64,000 bases of DNA from Monocercomonoides exilis PA203. Taxonomy: Eukaryota; Protista; Preaxostyla. The DNA is taken from contig LSRY02000029.1 of the NCBI GenBank assembly GCA_001643675.2, forward strand, positions 248,001-312,000, written 5' to 3'. Below the pieces are notes generated by a model. It ran no database searches, was not told the origin of the DNA, and saw only the letters and a program-made list of their open reading frames with translations. This document shows positions 36,735-50,500 of this stretch, piece after piece (the stretch's first letter is position 1; each line of letters starts with the position of its first letter). The position numbers were made by a program, and so were the translations under genes.

Positions 36735-39700
36735 GCATCAATTCGCAAGCTGTACAGAATGAGATGAAAGGAGTGAATGGACATCGAATGAGAAATGGCA
36801 GTGGGAGATGGAAGGAGCTTCAAGGCACATTGCGTTCATCCGCTCGCTTTATGACATCGCCAAGAAGCGAAGAGAAAGGAGAGTGCGAGTTCAAATGGAA
36901 GAAGCAATGAAGGTGGATATCAGAAGCAAATTGAGCGCAGAGCAGAGGAAAGGAAGACAGCAGGAAGAGCCTAAGGCGAAGACGAAGACGAAACGGAAAG
37001 ACGAGTTTTGCACATCGCAAATTGACGCTTTCGACACAAGGCTTGCACAGGCAGCGACAGAAAGGAGGAGGAGGGACAGAGGAAAAGAAGAAGGAGGTGA
37101 TGAAAATGATGATGAACAGTACCAGACATTTTGCTCGTTTGACAGCACATTCTCATCTTCCCAGTTGCACACTCAAAACATCACAGCCTCCTCGTCAATT
37201 TCCACTCATCCTTTTTCTCCCTTGCCACACACACAATTGTCTGCCCCTTCTGTTCTTGTTGGAACTTCTCCAGAGCCACTCGCTCATTTATCTCCTGCTA
37301 CATACTCCTCTTCACTCACACTAAAGTCCATTTGAGCATCCGGCCAAATCTCTTCCTCTCACTCTCATTCATCTATTTCTTCAGTTTCGCTGCATATCTC
37401 TTTTATGATTCTCCGGAAGAGCAGATTGGGCAATGCTGGTGTGTTTGCAAGCATCAGCGCGTCAGCGACGAGGGATGTGTTTGAGCCACAGAGTATCCTT
37501 CTGAACTATGCAGCGTATGTGGCTAGCCAGGGGATTCGGGTTGGTGGCGAGAAGGAAGGGAAGAGAGAAAAGAAGGATGAGAAGAGGAGTGCAAATGAGT
37601 TTGTGTGTGATAAAGATGAAAAGGGATCGTTGTGTTTGACAGATAAATGCATAGATAATGAGAAAAATGAAGGGGAAGAAGAGGAAGAAGAAGATGGATT
37701 TGACAAACACATTAAAAAGGCTCAGAAAGAAGAGGAGCAAAAGAAAAGAAGAAAACAACAAATGAGAAGAATAAGCCTGTGACGATTCTAACCACTCTTG
37801 GCTCAGATTTTCTGCCTGAAATCAAAAATCGAAGAATGATGCAGCAACAAATATCGGAATACAATTCACTCTCTCAACATTTTCATCTGCTAACGCATCA
37901 TCTTCATTCTCAACTTCTTCGTTTCCAACTTCATCACCATCCTTTTTTGCTTCAACTACTTAATCATGTTCTTATTTTTTCTTTTATTCAAGTTTTTTCA
38001 TCAATTCATCATTTCTTTCTCTTCTTCTTCACCTGATTCATTTGCTAACATAGAAGAAATTCCTCAAAATCATCATCCACTTCCACAAGTGACGCCAATC
38101 AATCCTCCTCTTCCAACGGCCAATTAGATACAGGCAAATCAATCCAAACTGTTCAAGATTCCTCGTTCAGGTATTCATCCTTCACCTGTATCATTGTCAT
38201 TGGGAATATATGGAACTTATTCTTCTTCTTCCTCTTACTCTTCTTCTTCTCATTTAAATTCTTCTTCCTCTTCTTCTTCTTCTTCCAATCAACCAAATGA
38301 AATTCCAGCTGTTTTTCAGCGTTGAACCGAAGACAAACAGAAAAGAGTAGTCGAAATGGCAATTTTGTGGGGGAAAAGAGAAAAAGAAAAAGAGGAAAAG
38401 AAGAGAAAAGAAGAAGAAAGAAAAAATGTGATTTGAAACGACAAATCGGAAGAATTAGCAGAAAGAAAGAGAATAAGAGACGAAGAAGAAATGATAAAAT
38501 GGATAGAGAAGAAGAAAGAGAAGGAGAAGAGAGAGAATGAAAAAGAGAAGGAGAGGAAGAATAAGGAGAGGAAGGATTTGGTAGTGAAAAAAGGAAAAGA
38601 AGGAGAAAAAGGAGGAAAGGGAAGAAAGGGAAGGAAAACAAGAAGAAGAAGAAAGAAGAAAAGAAGAAGAAGAAAATACAGATGAAGACTATCAAGATGA
38701 ACTTTTGCTTTTGAAGCTAACTTCTCTTTTCACTCAGCGAAGACTGAAAGAAATCGAAGAGAAGAAGCAATTGACAAAAATGTTGGCTTTGAGAAAAGAA
38801 GAAGAAGAAGATGATGTTGTTGGGTTTTATTTTGCTGGCAAAAATAATTCGAAAAAACAAGGCGAAAAAGGGAATTTAAAAGGAGAAAATAAAATTAAAA
38901 ATAAAAATGATGAAAAGAAAGACAAAAAGAAAGAAGAAATGAAAAAGAAGTGGGAAACCCAAAATAAAAAAGAAATTTCTCCGTCGCCGCTAATTCTCCA
39001 ACTGTATTTTCACGATATAAACACACAAGCGGAATGGTTAGCAGCCGAAGAAGCGAAAAAGACGAAGGAAAACGAGAAAGAATTGACGTTTCATCCGATT
39101 ATTTACTAAGGGACAGATTGGATTGAAAGAGAGAAGAAAAAGAAAACGAAAAAAAGACATAAAGAAATAAAGAAAAAATAGAAAAAAGAAAACATTAAAA
39201 CATTATCTTCTAAGCCAACACACCATCAACCAATCTTTTCCAATCTTCTGGGAACAAATAAGACATTCCATCTTTTGTCATTCTTTTCTTCCAAAACAAA
39301 AAGAAGTTGATTTTTTCATTGGACTTGTTGTGAATGGAGCTGATAGAAGAGATGGATTTGGTGGGAGGATAAAGAAGAAGAAGAAGAAGAAGAAGAAGAA
39401 GAGGGATCGGAAGAGGAAGAGGAAGAAAAAGAAAAAGAAAAAGAAAAAGAAAAAGAAAAAGAAAAAGAAGAAGCAAAAGCAGAACTTCTCTTTAAAGTGA
39501 GTGTTTCGCTTCCGAGCGGTCCAGCTTCTTTTCGTGTTTTTGAAGGGGACTGTTTGGAAGAGGATGTGAAACCGTTTTGCGAGAGGTATTTTTTGAGAGA
39601 AGAGAAAGAGAGGAGGATAAAACAGGTGGTGGAGAACGCATTGGAAGGGAGAGAGAGAGGGAAGAGAAGAAGGAAGAGAAGAAGGAAGAATGGAAGAAAG

Positions 39701-39750
39701 AGAAAGAGAAAAGAAAGAAAACTGTGCTGTGAGAGACAAACATTCTAATC
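36735..39750 (+). pseudogene. Fragmented low-complexity coiled-coil gene (ELTFHP-type motif)
   Basis: A series of short same-strand ORFs (36808-37335, 37405-37782, 38705-39109, 39497-39748) broken by stops, frameshifts and microsatellites. Confidence 0.5.
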
Positions 39751-40474
39751 AATCACTTCATCCTTCGTCTTCATCATCGTCGTCATTTTCTTCTTCTCAT
39801 TCTTCTTCATTTTTTAATTTTAATTTTTATTTTAATTTCTTCTTCTTCATCATCTTCTTCTTTTTATTTTTCTTCTTCTTCTTCTTCTTCTTCTTCTTCT
39901 TCTTCTTCTTCTTCCCACTCGAATTATGGATCAACCTCTTCTTCTTCATCCTCCTCCTTTGCTCACCTCGTCGCTCACACAGCTGCCAATGAACTTTGTG
40001 TAAAGGAAAATTTGTTTCCAGAAGAGTTTCACAAGCAATTGTAGTTATTGAGGAATTCAACGAGAAGAATGACGCAGAAAGAACCGGAGAGGAAGCCAAC
40101 AACACCACAGGTATTTTCGAAGGGAGAATTTTGATTGGGCAGAGTGGAAATGGAAGGAAGATGAGAGAGGATGGAGAAGGAAGAGGGAAGGACAAGTGAT
40201 GAGAAGAATAAAGAGTAAAAAGACTAGTTCGAATAAGTTTTATTCATTGATTATCGATTTCATTGTGTTTCATTCAACGTTTGATGAAGAAACTGAATCG
40301 AAAAGAAAGGACTGATATATTGTGATGATATTTCCGTCGAAGAAATAGATAAAGTCAAGAAAACAAATTGGTTTCAAAAGTTTGAAGTTAAATAATTTTT
40401 AATTGAAACAAATTTATAGCAAACTACTTCAATTGTGTTTTTCAAAGTATTTTTTATTTATTAGGATAGTTTTA

Positions 40475-40740
40475 GCAAGTTGAGAAACTTGATATTTTTA
40501 TCCAACAGTTTTATTTTTTATTTTTCACATTATTTTTCTTTGATCAAAAAAATTCTTTTCCAGAAAAACCTCAAAAATGTATGTTTTTTTTATATGACAA
40601 TAAAACAAATATATATTACAGATATTTTAGCTAAATGCTGAAGAAAAATCAATTTGATTTTTTGAACAGTAATACCACAATAGTATTTATTTTTTCGATT
40701 TTTGATCTTTTTATATGATATCAAAAAAAATCACCCATAT
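40475..40740. repeat. AT-rich dispersed repeat ending in GATATCAAAAAAAATCACCC
   Basis: Homologous to 34515-34790. Confidence 0.7.
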
Positions 40741-40910
40741 AACACAAAACATATATATAAAACAAAATAAAAATTCCAAAAAAGGTTATGATTTCAAAAG
40801 GAATTTTCCCTGTTTTTACCAAAAATATTGTTTTCTGAGGGGAGATAATTATTTCCATGTTTCTGTTCTTAACACCAAGGATATTGAACTTAGATTAATA
40901 ACAAACATAT

Positions 40911-41164
40911 GGGTGATTATTTTTGAAATCATATTTTTTCTTTCAAAAATTTCGGTCAGAATATTTTTTTGAATATTCGTGAACGAACCTTGGAAAGTGA
41001 AAGAACAATTTTATGACGTTTATGCTATTTTTTGAGAAAAATTGTGGCTTTTGAAACGATAAATAAACATTATTCATTAGAATGAAAATTTGTTAACCAA
41101 TGACAATGAATATTCATAATTATGAACACTCCGAAAAAAGTTATGATTTCAAAAATTATTACCC
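40911..41164. mobile_element. MITE family C copy 1 (254 bp, GGG..CCC termini, 4-bp TSD ATAT)
   Basis: TIRs gggtgattatttttgaaatcatattttttc / gaaaaaagttatgatttcaaaaattattaccc, flanked by atat on both sides. Confidence 0.8.
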
Positions 41165-42251
41165 ATATATTGAGCAAAACCACTTGACATCTCACAAGCA
41201 CCTGACAAAATAGTTTTCTCTAAACAGAAACGTGTATAATTCTTAATAATTTTTTCGATATAAACATTATCCAAACTTTCTCATTAGGAGCAATAAAATC
41301 ACATTTTCATACTGACCGAATATCGTGAAAAATAAAAATTGATTTCTCAGAAATTTTCAAAAAACAATTTTTCAGAGATTGCAATTATTATTTTTAACTG
41401 AGCACAAATAAAACTGTTTTGAAAGTCTGGTGTCACTGGAGAGTTGGCATAAATAAGATATTTTTTGAGGTATTTCATCAGAATTATTCCTCTTTCAGTT
41501 ATTGAGACATCTATCTTGCCAGGCATTATATGTGATAGCAAATTGTTTTTGCTCACTCATTTGTTGAGTTTTGTTTTTTATTTTTATAAACAAAAAATGC
41601 TACGTCATGGCTATTAAAAATACATATTTCTCGATCTTCTTCACACATTATTCAATTAATCAATTATTTGAAAGTTAAGCTCAAAATTTTGTAGCATCCG
41701 AGATTTGAATTGTGTTATAAAAAATTTATTTTTGAAAACAAAGTTTTTGTATTGAATAATGAAATTAAAACATGAAACAAGTTAATGGTGCTAGATAATA
41801 AAACATATATTCCACGTGACAAGTTTTTTTCCAGTTTAAAAAAAAGGCGCAATTAACGGAAATCAAAACTTTTCTGGAAAATAAATGAACTTCATTGCAT
41901 TTTGGAAAAGAAATTTTATTTTCAGAAAATTTTGTCAATAAATTGTTTTGTTTATCAAATTTAGCTTCTCTTTGTGTTGCAAGTTTTTTTGATGATCTTC
42001 CACAATTTTTTTTGTGAACAAATTCTTTCATTCTTTTAATATCTATAAGTTTTGATTTGTTCCATGGAGAGATTATTCTCAAGGATAACAAAAATTGCTC
42101 TTTCATAACATACCATTTATTAATCAAACTTATTAAACTTTTTGTTCGAAATAAATAAACTTGAAATAAAAAATTGGTGAACTTCTTCAAAATTATTCAT
42201 ATTGAGTATTTTGATTAAGAAAAATGTTTGTGAATAATTGGTTTTTTGCTT

Positions 42252-42506
42252 GTGTGATTATTTTTGAAAACATATTTTTTCTTTCAGAATTTTCGGTTCA
42301 AAATTTTCACTTTTTTATCAACAAAAGAGCACAAAAAAATGAAAAGGTTTATTGAAAACATCAACATCTTTATTTGAGCATAAACATTTATTTTTAATGT
42401 TGTTGTGATAAAAACACACATAAATTACAATGACTCTTCCCAATGACAAACAACCTTTGAAAAATAAACACCCCGAAAAAAGATATGATTTCAAAAATAA
42501 TTACCC
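42252..42506. mobile_element. MITE family C copy 2 (255 bp, 4-bp TSD GCTT)
   Basis: gtgtgattatttttgaaaacata...gatatgatttcaaaaataattaccc, with gctt at 42248-42251 and 42507-42510. Colinear with 40911-41164. Confidence 0.8.
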
Positions 42507-42517
42507 GCTTAGTGTCT

Positions 42518-43091
42518 GAAAGTGATAAAAATATATCATATTTTTCATTATTTATAAAATGGATGAGAAATGGAACCACTATATTATTTATTTGTGTATT
42601 ATAGTTAGTGTTAATAATGGTGGACACTTTCAATAATGGTGGACAGTCGCATTATTTCAACAACTATTGATAGTTTCTTTTTGACAATTAACCAAATTAT
42701 TCCCTCATTGAATACAAACCAATGTGAATTATTTTAATAATTTATCCAATACGGTGAAATTTAATAATAATTATTTTTTCTTTTCGGAGAAACTCGGAGA
42801 AATAAGATTCTCCGAGTTTCTCCGAAAATAGAAAATGTCTCTTTCTTTATTCTTGGGAGCAAGTTGTTTCATTTTTGAATATCGTATGAGTGTGTATTCA
42901 TTGAAGGAATAATCGTGTTTATTGTCAAAAAGCAACTTTTGATGGTTGTTGAGATAATGCGACTGTCCACCATTATTGAAAGTGTCCACCATTATTAACA
43001 CTAACTATAATACACAAATAAATAATATAGTGGTTCCATTTCTCATCCATTTTATAAATAATGAAAAATATGATATATTTTTATCACTTTC
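42518..43091. mobile_element. Foldback/MITE-like palindromic element (about 200-bp inverted arms and a central hairpin)
   Basis: The outer ~138 bp is a perfect inverted repeat and the inner ~65 bp is imperfect. Each arm has a duplicated aataatggtggaca motif. Central palindrome ttttcggagaaactcggagaa..ttctccgagtttctccgaaaa. Confidence 0.85.
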
Positions 43092-43636
43092 CGTTACTCA
43101 GCCAAATACCAATTTTCACAAAAATTATTTCACAAAAAAACACTCAAATTTGTTAATTTCGAATTAGAACTTATATATTTTGGATAATTAGTTGTAATTT
43201 TTCGAATGAAAAGTCTTTTAAATTTGAATAATAAATGGTGAAAAAATTTTTTCTTCCACTTTTCTTTTTCTTTCTTTCTTTCTTTTTTATTTTTATTTTT
43301 TTTATTTTTTTCACATTTCAGCTCGAATGTCTTCTGAAAGAGAAATATGTTTTAATTAAGGTGATATTGAAAAAAATGTTTTTTTGAAAAGGTGAAATGG
43401 GGTTTATTTTTTAAATACATATGTTACACAACGATTTGTTCTTCACTTTTTCTTCATTTTATCATTATCAGTCTAACTTTCTCGTGCATAATGATGAAAA
43501 AAAAAAAAAAAATAAAGATAAACATCAGAAAAAATTGAGTGGTACTGAATTCATGAAGCAAAAAATTGTATCCCAAATTTCAACTTTTTGTTTGTCACAT
43601 TCATGATCAGCTTGCAATATGGATGCTCAAATAATG

Positions 43637-43888
43637 GGCAAGTGAAGCAGATCCTGGAACAAAGGTGATCCTTCTCACTATTTAAATCATTTTCATTTTG
43701 AATGTCTCTTCCAGGGTTAACCCTAACCCTAATTTTACTCCGAAAAACCCTAAATCATCACAATATCCAATATGAACTTGTTTTATTCGTCAAAACCCTA
43801 AAACCTAATGAGCACAATAAGAATAAATAACAAAATTTTAATAAAAAAGGGAAGTGATCGTGTGGTACTAGGATCTTCTCCATTTGCC
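43637..43888. mobile_element. MITE family A copy 2 (252 bp)
   Basis: Colinear homolog of 10816-11067 with ggcaagt..atttgcc ends and agggttaaccctaaccctaa. No direct TSD. Confidence 0.9.
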
Positions 43889-44507
43889 CATCATTTTCAC
43901 ACATACAACAGAAAAGAAAATGAAAACACATTAAATAAGCAAAATATCAAATGAAAAATTTATTATCCACGCTTCTTCGTTGTCTAAATTTCGATAAAGT
44001 GTCATCTCGTTATTCTAAATAGATTTTTTGGTATGAAAAGGATGAAAATTAATGAGAATGATCTGGATTTGATTGTAGATATCTGTTTGTGAGAAAGCAG
44101 ATACTTGGACATACCCTTGAAAAAGACAGTGCACAAAACTCTTCAACATCAAAATGGAAGAGCTTCTGTTTGAAATATTCCTTAAAATCAGATTCAGAAT
44201 AATAAGTCTGAAATGTGAATTAAGAAATGAAATTGTCAAAATTTTTTGTGGAAGGGAGCGAATTTTGTGCATATGCTCGTGAGACCTTTTCTGGGAAAAG
44301 GAAATAAAAATCGATCAAAATCCAAAGCACAAAGACGATCACAAAAATATGTTAAACACAAATAAATGGATATTTTGAAGAATGATGATAATCAGAAAGA
44401 ATTGTAAACTTAAAAAGAAACACCATTTTTTATTAAAATAGATTATCCGTGAAAATTGACACTCGACAAAAAGAAGTTTTATTATTTATCTGGTGTAGTT
44501 AAAATGC

Positions 44508-47500
44508 CTATGAATCCTTCACACTGAAAAAACCAGAAATATCTTCTGGGTTGGAAGTTGCATTTTCATCTAAAACATCTTCGCTTTGGTGACAACAGCT
44601 GTCCGCGTAATAATCAACTGCATCTGAAATTGTAAGCACAACAGCCCCTGGAGGAAAGCGCTGGATGAACTCTCTCTTTGCATCAACAAGAGTTGGCCTC
44701 TCTCCTATCTGCTGTGAAAAGCACAGAGAAACGAATCGATTTAGTGTTGACTCAATCACTCGAGTTGCATCAGGTCTTTCTCCATTCATAATCTTTTGCC
44801 CGGCCACCTCTGCCTCATACTCTCCAAATGGAATCTCCAGTGTCAGGCACTCCCACAGCATCGTCCCGATCGAGAATGCCACTGACTCCTTCGTCGCACC
44901 CATCTTCCTGTTCACCTGCAGTTCTGGTGCCTTCCATCTCAAACACTCTTTTTTGTAATAATCTTCATCTTCAAAGGCTGATGAGGGAAGAGAGTCGCTA
45001 TCACCATCATTGCCACTGTCAGATGTTGCAACTGTTGACGAAGATATGGAAGACGAGTCTGAATCATCATCTGACAATAAGTCAGAATGCATCACAATGC
45101 AGATCACCATGTGCTCTGAGAATAGCACAAGGTGGGGACTCAGATTGGCAAGAGATTGAAGTGGGTTGTCCATTTCATCAAAGGAGTGGAGTGCTCCATT
45201 CGCCACCCAGAACAGGATCTGAGCAGCTGTTTGCTCCCTTTCCTTTAAACTTCCAATAGCCATTTCTTTCTTCTCGTTCCTTCCATGAAGCAACATGAAT
45301 AATGAATCTCGCAGATCCACAATCAGTTTTTCATGAGGCGATGAACAGGCCATTGCATCCACCAGATTCGACATTGATGAGGTGGTTGGGCACAGATCCT
45401 CTCTCCGAACAAAAGTTGATTCTGAATCTGTAGTGTCTGTTGTTGAAATGGATGAAATGGATGGTGATGGTGTTCGTTTTCTCGTTTCATCCTCGATCTC
45501 TTTCTCATCGATCTTCTCCAACATCCATTCTGGAATCTTATCTGAATCCCTTCCCAAAATATATTCAGTCGATCCACTCTCAGACAGAAGGTGCTCTGAT
45601 GACTCTGAATGTCCCAAGCTATTTTCATACACTCTCTTCTTTATCCTCTCTTCGTTTTTCTTCTCAGCCTCCCTCTCTGCTCGTCGCCACTGCTCCTCAG
45701 GAGACATCTCCATTGTTGTCATTTCAATCAGCTTTGGATCTTTTTTGATGTTATCATTCACAATCTCTTCTAATTCTTCTGTCCTTCTCTTTTGCTTTCT
45801 CCATCGAAGTGTTGAAATTACTGCAACAATTAAAATGAAAAGAAGCACAAAAGCCATGATTATAACAATCAACAACCAATACGATTTCCCTTCTTTTCCT
45901 CCTTCAACAATTTTTTCATCTCCATTAACCTTGGGCTCACTTTTGTTTTTCAGAATGAAAGAATCTGTGAATGATGAATTTTTTGCATCTCCAAACAGAA
46001 TGCACACGCTCACTTCCACACCTTCTCCTGCTTTCGTTATAGTCTCCTTTGGCAGTCTCCCTTCAACTTCTGTCTCCGATTCATATCCACTCTCATCAAA
46101 CATAAACTTTTCTATCTGCTTTTCATCCCCAATCTGCTTCACAACCATGAATGACAAGTTGCAAGGCAGAAGCAGCTTTCCTTTGAATATAACCTCCATT
46201 TCTTCTCCTTTTTCATTTGCTTCAGCACTCTCCAACACTGGAATGAGGAATGAAGATGCTCTTTCAGAAACAATCCTTTCAAGCAGACAACCCTCATTCA
46301 ACATCCAAAGAGATGTATTTGGCAAAACCCCATCTCCTCCTATCAAACTGGAAATGGTCAATGAAGCAGAATCAGAGCAGATTATGTTTCGACGAAGAGA
46401 AGGATATTTCTCAATGAAAGGATTATTGTTTGAAAACTCTCCTTTCTCAATCATCAAATATCCTCCACTCACAGTTAAACCTCCCTTTGAGGAGTTGCAG
46501 ATTGTTATATCTTTCATCATTACAAAACTGCTTGAGATATCAACGACTGAACCATTCCATCTGCAAATTTCATCCATTGCATTATTCATCTTTTCGAAAT
46601 TACCAACGAGATCTCCCACAAACACACACGAATCAAGAAATATTTTGTTTGCATTTGCCACTGACACTTGGCTTCCTTTTTGCAACTCTGATGTGCATTC
46701 ACGAAAAGAGCAGTTCAGCATCTCAAAGTCGGTCATTGGTTGAGTTGTGCAAATAATGCAGGATCCAGATGCTGTTTTGATGATGTTTGAGAATGATGAT
46801 TGCATCAATGAAAAAATAAGTGAAGAGTTGATTGCTTCGAATGAGATGAGGCCTCTATCTTGCAAAGAGATATTTGTGGCTGACAACTTCGAAATTCCCA
46901 CATTTTCACACTTTCCACATTCAAACATTGAACTCTTGCATTCCACATCGCTGACTGACAAATCTTCAAATGTTGCTCTTTCTGAACTCAAAATCTGGAA
47001 TACAGGTTTTGAGAATATCAAATGTCCAACACCACATCGATCTGCTTCAAACAGCCCATCTTCAACAACAATAAGAGAACAATCAAAAAGGATCTGTGAA
47101 TTCTCCTCTGATCTGTTCTCTATCAGGAATGAAACAGATTCGAGAATAAGAGACCCACTCAGTTGGTGCATCAAACACGAGCAGCCAATATTCCCCGTTC
47201 CTTCAAAAACAAATTTCACTCTCTCCAATCGAGCAAACTCCGAAGTTTTCACAACTCCCTCACCTCCCAAATTTATCTCCCAGATTTTTATCTCGGCATT
47301 TCTGTTCGCTTCCATCGACTTGATCGTCACCTTCTTAGCTGAGCACGAACCAGTTAATCTGGTTTCATTCCAGACATACAGCTGCGAATAATCCGATGGG
47401 ATGATGTGGCTCACCCCAACATTCAGCGATGAACATGCTCCCTTCATTTCCCCACAGTTCTTGCTGTCGCTGTTGTTTCCAAGAATCGAAGATACAAATA

Positions 47501-50500
47501 TAAATTCGCTCCTGAACACAAACACTCTCCTCAGCAGATCCTCTTCATCTCCATAATTGTCTGCTGTGCATCCCCATATCGCCAGCTCCTTCACAAATGG
47601 CTCTCCAAAGTTGATCAGGAACTGCCACTCCGAAATCTGAGTGTCAAGGTCAGTGCACTTCACAAACACATCTCTCCCCTTCGATGCAACATTCCCTCGG
47701 AATGTGATGTTCGACAGCGCAAATGGCAAAGTCTTCTGTGTAACACTCTGTGATTTCAAAAACAATCCTCCTCCTCTCCCAATGTTCGAACAGAAACACT
47801 CTGTCACATTTGTGAGATTTATTTCCAGCTTCCCCCTCTCATCGAGAAGGAAAAACACTCCTCCTCCTTCATGAGAACTTGTCGATCCACAATTGTTTGT
47901 CGACGAATTATCCATTTTCAGTCTCATTTCTTTTGAAAAATCACAACAAAGCAATGAAGGGCTGTTTGACACACTGTTCTTCACGTTCACAAATGTGCAT
48001 TGCTCAAATAGAACATTCCATTCTTCTTCTGAATTATCATTCCCAATTGCAGAAATCATACTTTTACTCATCATAATTGCACTTTTTCCACTCAACGAAA
48101 TATCTTCAAATGTTACATTGTTCATGGTTGTCACACAATCAGCTGATATGCTCATAACCTCATGCATCGTTGAGAATCCAACGATGTTTGCCTTTTCAAT
48201 CTCAACAATTCCTTTTGTTGCACTTATCAACACAAATGCTAATTCACCTTCAGCATTTCCACTCATGTGAATTGAGCAGCTCACAATACTCGTTTTGACT
48301 GCATCAGAACCTGTCTGAATGAGGGTATTTGCACCATTGTCAAAGGCTGTCTGAATCACTATCTCCACTTCTTTGAACTGAACAACTTCTCTGCACTCAA
48401 CAACAACGTTCCCATTTCCTTCAATCTCTTCCACAAATTGGATTTTGTCTGATTCTCCATCTGTTCCTTCCAGCCTCATCCCACTCACACTCATTTCATT
48501 CCTCACATCACAAGTCCCCTGAACTGCAATTGATTCAATCCCTAAGTCACTCCCTCGCTTCACCCCATAATCAACCGATCCACATGGATACTCCAACAGT
48601 CCACACACAACCACATTGTTTCCTCCTCTTGCAACAAGCACACTCGTTCCAATATCTTTCCAGAAATAGATCAGTGGGATTGCACACTCTTTATTTCCTC
48701 CATCATACCCTCTCATTGAGTCTTCATTCAGCTTCTCCAGTCTATCTTTCACAAATGGCAGGGTTTCGTTTTTGATGCTCTTGATAAGCGATGAAGATGA
48801 AACAAATAAGTCCTTCCCACACTTTGCATTGTTTGGTTTCCCAGATGAAAAAACAGGTGAGGATATCACAAAATCTGCCTCTTCATCTCTCAGCATTTTC
48901 ATCATTATTCCTCCTCCATATCCAACAATTTCCTCTTCATATGGTGCTGTGCAACAATAAAACGTACATATATTTATCAAAAGATTCGTTTTCGAAGATG
49001 CCTCACAAAAGAGTGCTCCTCCCCCACACTCTTCTTCCTCTCCAACAACAGCACATCCTTCGAATGTGCAGTCATTCATTTCCACTTTGTAATCTTTTCC
49101 ATCATTATCATCCTCATTGTTTGCAATGCTGATGCATCCTCCACTTCCCTTCGAACGAGTGATCAATGAAAATGTGCATCCTGACATCTCTTCAATAATC
49201 CCCTCGTGGCACTCAACTACACATCCATCGCTGAATGTGATTTCTCCAAAATTACTATGAGTCATATTCATCGAAGGCATACTTTCAGCATTTCCTTCAA
49301 CAACGAATATCGATGAACCCCATTTGACAGCACTCTCTGATGCAAACTCACTCACTTCCACAATCCCTCCAACAGCCTTCACAAACACGGTCGAAATTGC
49401 TTCAACGCCTCCTTCCATCCCACACTTGCTCAGTGTGAGCTTCTCTGAACGACAACAAAACACACTTTCATGATATGTCAGCGATTTAGATAGCGAAAAT
49501 ACAATGCCAGTTACAGATACAGAAACTGTGCTTTCAATCAATCCACTTTGAGCTCCCTCTTTCTGATCAGAAACATCACACTTCATCTCATCCTCTTTGG
49601 ATGCGACGCTCCATTCATATGAAGCCAACTCCAATTCCTCCCCAAAGACAAATGGCTCAAGAAGAGCAATATCCTTTTTCTTCTCTTCAAAGTGGATTGT
49701 GGCTACTTTCGAAATCGATGAGCACGGAAACTCTTCAAATCCACACTTCGAGAAATCATGGCTCAGTGATCCTCCTCCCACAAACGCTGGCTCAGAAAAG
49801 TTGTTCCACAAATAGGCACACAGTGGAATTGGGAATGATTCATCCCCATTTTCATATCCTTGCATCTTGCTCTTTGTTTCTAACGAAGCTGTCAATGAAG
49901 CTATCTTTCCACTTCTTACTGTTGACTCCAGATCAATCGAGTCAACAAAAATATCACTTCCCCATTTGGCTTTGTTTCCTTCAAATGCAGATGAGATCAG
50001 AAAGTTAGTATTTGTGTCTTTCACTTTCAGCCCAATCCCTCCTCCTCTGCCTTGCATAGTCGATGCATAACAATTTCTTATAACGCCTCCATTCATCGTT
50101 AATGAACCAGCGTTCACCATTTCAATCATCGCTCCACCTCCAAAATCAGAATCAACACTCCCACAGCCATCAATCGTGCATCCTTCAAGAGTTATTGAAT
50201 GCGACCCTTCATCCACACTCATCATTGATGATCCGGCTGTTGTTCTTACAATATTGCCGAACACACAGTTATCCAGGGACAATGAAGCAGATGATCCTTG
50301 AGAAAGTGATATCACACTTGTGGTGCTGAATGTTCTGCCCCATCTCACATCTTGCATCTTCAACTCTCCACCATCAACTTTCACAAGTGAGTTTTGAATG
50401 CTCCTCTTTTCTGAATGAGATGCATCCATCGAAATGTTCATTCTCTTCACATCCATCAATCCTCTTCCCTGAATCTCAAATAATCTGCTTCTTCGGTTGT

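Noticed and set aside
42394-43167. Two ORFs with identical N-termini (MKVSTIINTNYN...) on opposite strands
   Set aside because: Artefact of the perfect inverted repeat; there is no coding signal.
45382-46743. Long antisense ORFs (453 aa here; also 646-1671, 6729-7499, 16898-17830, 60275-60958)
   Set aside because: Shadow frames of real low-complexity genes, with no independent motifs.
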